Shown one piece after another: positions 57,394 to 64,000 of a stretch of 64,000 bases of DNA; within the stretch, counting starts at the first letter, position 1, and every line of letters starts with the position of its first letter. The notes under the pieces were generated by a model. That model was not told where the DNA came from and did not search any database. It saw nothing but the letters and a program-made list of their open reading frames with translations. This DNA is from an uncultured Desulfospira sp. GTDB taxonomy: Bacteria > Desulfobacterota > Desulfobacteria > Desulfobacterales > Desulfobacteraceae. The DNA is taken from the NCBI GenBank assembly GCA_963663165.1, contig OY760175.1:32001-96000 (forward strand). The letters run 5' to 3'. A program made the translations under genes and the position numbers.

Positions 57394-59342
57394 ATATCAA
57401 GGGCTGCATGATGGCCCTGGTACATGGCCGTGGTGATGGTCGATGCCTGAACACAATCACCGATCTGGGCAACTATGGGGGCGGCATCAAGCAGCGACGC
57501 CACCACATCACGCCGGGGGGCCTGGCCAAATGCCGTTATTACGGTATCACATGCAAATTCAACGGGTTTTCCCGCTTTGTCTGTGCAGACAACAACCGTA
57601 TCCGCCGTAATCTGTTCGGCCTTTGTTTCAAGCACCACCTTAATGCCGTGCTTCTTAATTTCATTGAGCAGGATCGGACGGTGCCGGATGTTGGCATCCG
57701 GGGCCAGCTCGCCCTGCATTTCAATCAGGGTGGTGTTTTTGCCTTCAAGGGCCATGTGTACGGCTGTTTCACACCCGGAAAGCCCCCCCCCGATCACCAC
57801 AATGTCCTGGCCCACCTTGTCCTGGTGTTTATAATAGTCATTGACAACAATCACATGGCTGCCGTCAAGGCCGGGAATGGGCGGGGCCAAAGGACGGGAG
57901 CCCACCGCAACAATCAGCACGTCAGGATCAAAGGATGCGGCCAATTCCGGGGTAACCGCCGTATTGAGTTGAATCTTTACCCCTTCTTTTCTGGCAATGG
58001 TTTCCAGAGTCACACCAAGCCGGTACATGGGCAGCTTAAAGGGCAGGGCCTGCTCGCTGACCAGGATGCCGCCCGCCACATTTGCCTTTTCGCACAGGGT
58101 CACGTCATGTCCCCGCCTTGCCGCGGTAATGGCGGCCTGCAAGCCACCGGGACCGGCACCGGCGATGAGGACTTTTTTAGATTTGGCGGCCGGAAGGATC
58201 TCCATGGCATTGAGTTCCCGGCCGATCACCGGATTGACCGCACACCGCCGGGTGGATGTTATGGCCCGTTCGGCCATACAGACAAAACATCTCAGGCAGT
58301 GAACAATTTCATCATCCCGGTTGGTCATCACTTTTTTGGGCAGTTCCGGGTCGGCCAGCAGGGCACGGGCCATTTCGACCACGTCGGCTTTGCCGGTGGC
58401 CAGAATTTCTTCCATTTTTTCCGGGTCATTTAACCCGCCCACGGTGGCGACGGGCACCTTGACATGTTTTTTAATGTGTTCTGCCAGATAGACGTTGCTG
58501 CCGTGGGGCAGAAACATGGAGGGGTGGGTAACGGCAAACCCCTGCTGATAGGTTCCCGCAGAGATATGAAGCAGGTCAACACGATCCTCAACCAGCTGGG
58601 CAATCTTAACCCCTTCATCCAGATCATACCCCCCGTCAAACAATTCTGAACCGCTCATGCGAAATTCGATGGGAAATCCTGGTCCCACAGCCTTTCTGAC
58701 ACTTTCCAGCACCTGTTGGGCAAACCGGACCCGGTTTTCAAGGCTTCCGCCGTATTCATCGGTCCGTTTGTTAAAATAAGGGGATAAGAACTGGTTGATC
58801 AGCCATCCGTGTCCTCCGTGAACCATGATCATTTCAAAACCGGCCCTTTTGGCGATGCCGGCGCACTCTCCATAGGATTTGACTATGTCCTGAATCAGCT
58901 CGCGGGTTAACGCCTTGACTGCTTTACCGTCAGGTCTGACCCCGTCGCTTGGCCCCCACTGGTTTAACCCGGTTTTTTTATTTTTATCGGTCAGATAGGT
59001 CCCCGCATATTGACCCGAATGGGACAGTTCCATACTGGCGATGGCGCCGTGGCGCCGGATAGCGTCTGCGGTATAAGTGAAGCTGGCCAGGGAATCAACG
59101 GTCGTAAGATCAAGGTGGAACATATGAGACCCGTCGGTTTCAGGGTGAACCACCACTTCACTGACCGTGACCGAGGCCACCCCGCCTTTGGCGCGGTATT
59201 CATAGAAGGCCGTTGATTTCGGGCCGATGGTACAGTCCGCTGTAATGTCGGTTCCCCCCATGGGGGCGCCAAACATCCGGTTTCTAAAATGGACATTCCC
59301 GATTTTGATGGGCCGTGACAGATGCGGATATTTTCGGTTCAT
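57390..59342 (-). CDS. NADH:flavin oxidoreductase / Old Yellow Enzyme (enoate reductase-like)
   Basis: HGGHGWLINQFLSP..NKRTDEYGGS.ENR, CLRCFVC..CAVNP, GAGPGG, GGGLSG. Confidence 0.93.
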   Translation of the reverse strand: MNRKYPHLSRPIKIGNVHFRNRMFGAPMGGTDITADCTIGPKSTAFYEYRAKGGVASVTVSEVVVHPETDGSHMFHLDLTTVDSLASFTYTADAIRRHGAIASMELSHSGQYAGTYLTDKNKKTGLNQWGPSDGVRPDGKAVKALTRELIQDIVKSYGECAGIAKRAGFEMIMVHGGHGWLINQFLSPYFNKRTDEYGGSLENRVRFAQQVLESVRKAVGPGFPIEFRMSGSELFDGGYDLDEGVKIAQLVEDRVDLLHISAGTYQQGFAVTHPSMFLPHGSNVYLAEHIKKHVKVPVATVGGLNDPEKMEEILATGKADVVEMARALLADPELPKKVMTNRDDEIVHCLRCFVCMAERAITSTRRCAVNPVIGRELNAMEILPAAKSKKVLIAGAGPGGLQAAITAARRGHDVTLCEKANVAGGILVSEQALPFKLPMYRLGVTLETIARKEGVKIQLNTAVTPELAASFDPDVLIVAVGSRPLAPPIPGLDGSHVIVVNDYYKHQDKVGQDIVVIGGGLSGCETAVHMALEGKNTTLIEMQGELAPDANIRHRPILLNEIKKHGIKVVLETKAEQITADTVVVCTDKAGKPVEFACDTVITAFGQAPRRDVVASLLDAAPIVAQIGDCVQASTITTAMYQGHHAALDI

Positions 59343-59404
59343 TTTTAATCGTCCTTTCCCTTGTCTGATGTCTGGCTATAAGAAATTGTTATAATTCATT
59401 TAAT

Positions 59405-59438
59405 AAAAGAGGGGAGCCTGAAACCAAGCCCCCCTCTT
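59405..59438 (-). terminator. dsr operon terminator
   Basis: AAGAGGGG/CCCCTCTT stem followed by TTTT on the minus strand. Confidence 0.65.
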
Positions 59439-59479
59439 CAATCCGATATAGGCGGTTCTCTTATTTTAGAAAGAGATCA

Positions 59480-60637
59480 CTAACCCTTGACTTCTTCTTT
59501 AACCGTACATGCGAGTTTGTAAAGAATGGTCAAAATCAAAAATCCTGTGGCATAAACCGCCAGGGTAATGATGATTTCCTTTCCTGTGGGCGCATATTCG
59601 GTCACATGGTGGAGGGGAGAGGGAACAAACCCGCCGGAGATCATGCCTAGTCCCTTGTCGATCCAGGCGCCGATAAAGATCATAGCGCAGGTGACCGGCA
59701 GCAGGGTCGGGTTGCTTCTCAGGTTGGGAATGATCAGGAAAACAGCTCCCAAGGCCATGAGGATCAGGCCGGTCCACATCCAGGGCACCAGGGCATTGTA
59801 ACCGTGGTATCCGAATAAGAGATATCCGATATGGGCTTTATGGCCCGGGATGTTGGAGTAGTAAACCACAAAACATTCACACAAAAAGAAGAACAGGTTG
59901 GCAATAATGGCCCAGCAGACGATCTTTGAAAGGGTCTGCATGGCTTCCCAGCCCGGATCAAACTTGGTGAACTTTCTGATCAGGTAGCACAGGATGATCA
60001 AGAAGGCGGGCCCGGCCGCAAAGGCTGAGGCCAGGAACCGGGGGGCCAGGATGGCGGTCAGCCAGTAACCCCGTCCGGGAAGGCCGCAGTAAAGGTAGGC
60101 CGTAACCGTGTGGATCCCGATGGCAAAGGGAATGGACACGTAAACCAGGGGTTTGGTCCACCAGACCGGTTCCACCTGGTTTCTCTCGGCTTCCAGCACC
60201 TTCCATCCCACCACAATGTTCAAGAACAGGTAACCGTTCAGAACGATCATGTCATAGAACAGCATGGAGTGGGGGGTCGGGTAAAGCAGCACATTGAGCA
60301 TCCGGATGGGCTGGCCCAAGTCAACCACGATGAACAGAAGGCACATAATCAGGCTGGCCACGGCCAGGAATTCGCCCAGGATGGTGATCCGGTGGAATCT
60401 TTCATAATCATGCAGATAATAGGGAATGACCACCATAACGCCGCCTGCGGCCACACCAACCAGAAAGGTAAAGTTGGCAATGTAAAATCCCCAGGAGACG
60501 TCCCGGCTCATGCCGGTGATCATCAGGCCGTTGATGAACTGGTCAAGGTAAACGAGTGCGCCGGCTCCCATGACAGCGAGCAGACAGACTATCCATATCC
60601 AGTAGTTTTTGCTTCCTTTTAAAGCTATCTCAAGCAT
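59480..60637 (-). CDS. dsrP: DsrP (NrfD-type membrane subunit)
   Basis: TGMSRDVSWG.YIANFTFLVGVAA, IHTVTA; operon order. Confidence 0.95.
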   Translation of the reverse strand: MLEIALKGSKNYWIWIVCLLAVMGAGALVYLDQFINGLMITGMSRDVSWGFYIANFTFLVGVAAGGVMVVIPYYLHDYERFHRITILGEFLAVASLIMCLLFIVVDLGQPIRMLNVLLYPTPHSMLFYDMIVLNGYLFLNIVVGWKVLEAERNQVEPVWWTKPLVYVSIPFAIGIHTVTAYLYCGLPGRGYWLTAILAPRFLASAFAAGPAFLIILCYLIRKFTKFDPGWEAMQTLSKIVCWAIIANLFFFLCECFVVYYSNIPGHKAHIGYLLFGYHGYNALVPWMWTGLILMALGAVFLIIPNLRSNPTLLPVTCAMIFIGAWIDKGLGMISGGFVPSPLHHVTEYAPTGKEIIITLAVYATGFLILTILYKLACTVKEEVKG

Positions 60638-60651
60638 ATCCGCCGCTCCTT

Positions 60652-61476
60652 TTACATGATGTAGTAAACAGAGGGTTCGGTGCCCAGGGACTGTTTACGT
60701 CTGATTGTATAATGTTCTTTCAAGATGGTCCTGATTTCGGAGTCCGGATTTTCCAGGTCCCCGACCACGATGGCACCTTCACTGGCTTCAACGCAGTAAG
60801 GCTGAAGTCCTTTGGCCAGGCGTTCAGCGCAAAGGTTGCATTTTTCAACCACACCTTTGGTCCTTGTGGGAAAGCTTGGGTCTGTCTCGGCGATAAAAGG
60901 ACGGGGATCTCTGAAGTTAAAATTCCGTGATCCGTAGGGGCATGCCGCCATGCAGAACCGGCAGCCGATGCACCGGTGATAGTCCATGATGACAATGCCG
61001 TCCGGCCGTTTAAAGGTTGCCTGGGTGGGACAGGCCTGAACACAGGGGGCGTTTTTGCAGTGGTTGCAGGTGACCAGGAAGGGCAGGTGATGGTACTTTT
61101 CTGCCAGGAATTCGTCTTCCTTGTCCGGAAATGCATTGTGGAAATGCTCTTCCCAGATCCACTTGATTTCCTGGGTCATTTTGGCCGGCCGGGTGTTGGG
61201 GTATTTTTCTTCGTCCGGCTCCATGGTGAAGTCCGGCACGTTGTGGTGGCTGTGGCAGGCCTCGACAACATGTTCAACGATTTCTTCGGTCAGCTTGGTG
61301 GTATCAATGACCATTCCCCAGCGCTCGGCGTGGAGGGCCTCTTTATTTGTTGTTTTTACGGCCTGAGCCGGTCCGTGGGAGTCAGATGCGGCAAGGTTCA
61401 TTGCCGGAGCAGCACCCAATCCGACGGCAGCAATTCCCGCTACTTTAAGAAAGCTTCTTCTGCTCTTTTTCATCAT
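60652..61476 (-). CDS. dsrO: DsrO (Tat-exported Fe-S protein)
   Basis: SRRSFLK, CNHC..PCV..CP, CIGCRFCMAACPYG, KCNLC. Confidence 0.95.
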   Translation of the reverse strand: MMKKSRRSFLKVAGIAAVGLGAAPAMNLAASDSHGPAQAVKTTNKEALHAERWGMVIDTTKLTEEIVEHVVEACHSHHNVPDFTMEPDEEKYPNTRPAKMTQEIKWIWEEHFHNAFPDKEDEFLAEKYHHLPFLVTCNHCKNAPCVQACPTQATFKRPDGIVIMDYHRCIGCRFCMAACPYGSRNFNFRDPRPFIAETDPSFPTRTKGVVEKCNLCAERLAKGLQPYCVEASEGAIVVGDLENPDSEIRTILKEHYTIRRKQSLGTEPSVYYIM

Positions 61477-61868
61477 TCAATCTCCTTGGGGTTGGTGTGG
61501 CAGTCCCAGCAGTAGGGGCTTACCGATGCGTAATTGTGGCAGGAATCACAGAATTTGCCTTTGTCTTCATGGCAGCCAAGGCAGGAGTTTTCTCCGGTTG
61601 ACAGGCTCATTTCAAAGGTGTGGCCGTTGGTTCCGGTATACTTTCTGTCACCGTTTCTGACAACGGAATCCCGCCATTCATCCAGAAGGGACATGTGGTT
61701 GGCCCGCATGTCAAACTTGCTCAAGACGCATTTTTTCTCTGCTTTTGCCTTGCCGAGCAGTTCAGGCTCCGGCGCTGCGGCCGTGGTGGTGACCAGATTG
61801 AACCAGAAAGGAGTGAGCACGGCAAAAACAAAAATTACCAGCCCGGTAACGATCATGTTTTTATTCAT
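61473..61868 (-). CDS. dsrJ: DsrJ (trihaem cytochrome c)
   Basis: CV...MRANHM.LL..WRD, CLGCH, CDSCH, CWDCH. Confidence 0.95.
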   Translation of the reverse strand: MNKNMIVTGLVIFVFAVLTPFWFNLVTTTAAAPEPELLGKAKAEKKCVLSKFDMRANHMSLLDEWRDSVVRNGDRKYTGTNGHTFEMSLSTGENSCLGCHEDKGKFCDSCHNYASVSPYCWDCHTNPKEIE

Positions 61869-61870
61869 CT

Positions 61871-63529
61871 TTATTCCTCCTCACAACCCGGCAGGGGTTC
61901 CATTCTCAGGTCCTCGGTTCTCTTCTTCTCGCCCGGGAGAATCAGGGCATTGCCCACCAGTTCGTGGACACCGGCCACCTCGACCTCAGGTACCCAGTAT
62001 TCACACATGGTGGGAAGGGCGGCCCGGTCAATGGCGCAGATGGTGCCAAGGGTGTTGACGCCGAATTTCTCGTGGACATATTTGACGGCCGTGGCCCGGG
62101 GCAGGGCACCGGCCATTCTCAGCTCAATGTTTTCCCCGGCGTTCAGGCCGGCACCGGAACCGCAGCAGAAGGTCTGCTCACGGATGGTGTTGGGCGGCAT
62201 TTCATAGAACTGATCCACACAGGCCTTGATCACGTAACGGGGTTCTTCCAGGAGGCCCATGCCCCTTGCCGGGTTGCATGAATCATGGAAGGTCATGATC
62301 CGGTTGGCGTTCCGGCTCTTGTCCAGTTCAAGCTTGCCGTGTTTGATCAGGTCGGCCGTGAACTCGGTGATGTGAACCATTTTGGTGGATTTGGCGTTTT
62401 CGAATTTGGTCCCGGTAATGGGGTTGACCGGCTCTTCCAGGAAGTCGGCAGGGCCGTTCATGGTATCCATGTACTGGTTGATGACCCGCCACATGTGGCC
62501 GCACTCGCCGCCCAGGATCCATTTGACCCCCAGCCGTTTGGCTTCCATGTACATTTTGGCGTTGAGCCGCTTCATGGTCTCGTGGGAGGTGAAGAACCCA
62601 AAGTTCCCGCCTTCCGACGCATAGGTGGACCAGGTGACATCCAGACCGTATTTGTCCTTGAGATACTTGAACAGGATCAGGTATCCCTGGCAGGTGTAAG
62701 TGCCCGGATCGGCAAACACGTCGCCGGACGGGGTAACGAACAGGATGTCGGCCCCTTTTTTCTGGTAATTGGGGGCACAGTTCACGCCGGTGATTTCTTC
62801 AATGTCTTCTACAAAGAAATCCAGCATGTCCTTGAAGGCATGGGGCTGAATCCCCAGGTGGTTGCCGGTTTTATAACAGTTGGAAACCGGGGTGGCGATC
62901 CAGTCAATGTTCAACCCGAGAAGATTGAGCAGTTCCCGGCCCATGATGGTGATTTCAGCCGTGTCAATGCCGTAGGGACAGAAAACCGAACAGCGGCGGC
63001 ATTCCGTGCATTGAAAAAAGTAGTACCACCATTCCTTTAAGACATCCAGGGTCAGGGGGCGGGAGCCGTTAAGGCGCTTGCCGCCGGGGATATTTCTAAG
63101 GATTTTCCCGGCCGTGGTAAAATCGTTTCTGTAAACCGAGCGAAGCAGTTCAGCCCGCAGAACCGGCATGTTCTTGGGATCGCCGGTGCCAAGGAAAAAG
63201 TGGCATTTATCGGCACAGGCCCCGCACCGGACACAGATGTCCATGAAGACCTTGAAGGTCCTGAATTTTTCCAGGCGTTCCTTAATGCCGTTATGGAGAA
63301 TCTGCTGCCAGTCGTCCGGCAGTTTCCAGTCGTCTTCCAAGGGGTTCCACTCTCTGGCATTGGGAAGGCTTAAGGTTTGAACGCTCTCAGGTTTGGCTGC
63401 ATAGCAGTACATGCCCGGGCGGATCTGAACCGATTTGGTGGTGTCCAGCCAGTTGCCCGGCTCTGAAGCGGACCGGGGGCTGTAATCAATTTTGTCTAGT
63501 AATTCATCGGGTGTTAATTCGTCAGACAT
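61871..63529 (-). CDS. dsrK: DsrK (HdrD-like Fe-S subunit)
   Basis: CVRCGACADKCH, CTECRRCSVFCP, GECGH, HDSC, CCG. Confidence 0.97.
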   Translation of the reverse strand: MSDELTPDELLDKIDYSPRSASEPGNWLDTTKSVQIRPGMYCYAAKPESVQTLSLPNAREWNPLEDDWKLPDDWQQILHNGIKERLEKFRTFKVFMDICVRCGACADKCHFFLGTGDPKNMPVLRAELLRSVYRNDFTTAGKILRNIPGGKRLNGSRPLTLDVLKEWWYYFFQCTECRRCSVFCPYGIDTAEITIMGRELLNLLGLNIDWIATPVSNCYKTGNHLGIQPHAFKDMLDFFVEDIEEITGVNCAPNYQKKGADILFVTPSGDVFADPGTYTCQGYLILFKYLKDKYGLDVTWSTYASEGGNFGFFTSHETMKRLNAKMYMEAKRLGVKWILGGECGHMWRVINQYMDTMNGPADFLEEPVNPITGTKFENAKSTKMVHITEFTADLIKHGKLELDKSRNANRIMTFHDSCNPARGMGLLEEPRYVIKACVDQFYEMPPNTIREQTFCCGSGAGLNAGENIELRMAGALPRATAVKYVHEKFGVNTLGTICAIDRAALPTMCEYWVPEVEVAGVHELVGNALILPGEKKRTEDLRMEPLPGCEEE

Positions 63530-63533
63530 TAAG

Positions 63534-64000
63534 TTACTCCTTCTTATCCACAGGGAGGCCCGCTTCAATCATTTTTTCTCTGAAGTGATCCTCATACTGT
63601 TCATAGGTATGGACTGGCACGTCATAATTCCAGGGGTTCACATGTCTTACGGCCCGGGTGTTGCTTGTCATGTTCCGGGTCGGGCTCAAGAAGATGCCGC
63701 CCATGTGCATGAGCTTGCTTAAGGGGAAATAGGCAAACAGAATGGACACCAGGAAAATATGGGCATAAAACAGTCCGCCAACGCCTTCCGGGATGACGGG
63801 CGAAAAGGTTACAAGTCCCATGGTCAGGGTTTTAATGCCGATGATGTCAACTTTGGTAAAATACCGCATGGCAATGCCGGTCAGGGCGATGCCGATGATC
63901 AGGAACAAGGGGAAATAATCGGCTGCCTGGGAAATGTAGTTAACTTTTCTGTCAAAAATTCGCCTTGCCAGGAGAAACAGCGCGGCTGCCGGCAGGACAA
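63534..64000 (-). CDS. dsrM: DsrM (NarI-type cytochrome b); 5' part outside the window
   Basis: FYAHIFLV...YFPLSKLMHMGG.FLSPTRN..HVNPWN. Confidence 0.95.
   Translation of the reverse strand, partial: VLPAAALFLLARRIFDRKVNYISQAADYFPLFLIIGIALTGIAMRYFTKVDIIGIKTLTMGLVTFSPVIPEGVGGLFYAHIFLVSILFAYFPLSKLMHMGGIFLSPTRNMTSNTRAVRHVNPWNYDVPVHTYEQYEDHFREKMIEAGLPVDKKE

Noticed and set aside
59480..64000. dsrMKJOP as a novelty
   Set aside because: Canonical order and motifs for sulfate reducers
1..64000. tRNA, rRNA, integron or prophage genes
   Set aside because: None recognised by eye; the fibre-like gene has a signal peptide and no phage structural neighbours

Overview
64 kb from a sulfate-reducing deltaproteobacterium. 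The dsrM(partial)-K-J-O-P operon lies at the right end, and hcp with an HcpR-type box plus a DVU0772-like gene point to a Desulfobacteraceae-like host (inference). Core-like genes: two Old Yellow Enzyme flavin oxidoreductases, an LDH/MDH-family enzyme, def, two LIV-type ABC operons (the second has lost most of its binding-protein gene), patB/malY, a sirtuin, epmB, a HypD-type glycyl radical enzyme with its activase, and two-component proteins. A sigma54-type cluster encodes a catechol-dehydroxylase-like molybdoenzyme and a TRAP transporter. Two accessory zones carry IS scars. The first (about 17.6-26.1 kb) holds a cold-shock/RNA-chaperone cluster with a structured leader, a broken YjjJ/HipA toxin, group II intron and IS91 debris, and an IS1380 nested inside a 32-bp IS4-type mini-element. 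The second (about 29.95-35.9 kb) holds a sigma54/enhancer-driven operon for a small exported protein, a fibre-like beta-helix surface protein and a dedicated S26 peptidase, split by an IS66. An intact ISAzo13-family element with a -1 frameshift is at 2.8-4.1 kb. Best candidates for something undescribed: the surface-fibre/peptidase operon, the dehydroxylase-like cluster, a leader-peptide attenuator upstream of the first LIV operon, and the DEAD-box helicase leader RNA. All family calls come from motif recognition by eye; no database searches were run.
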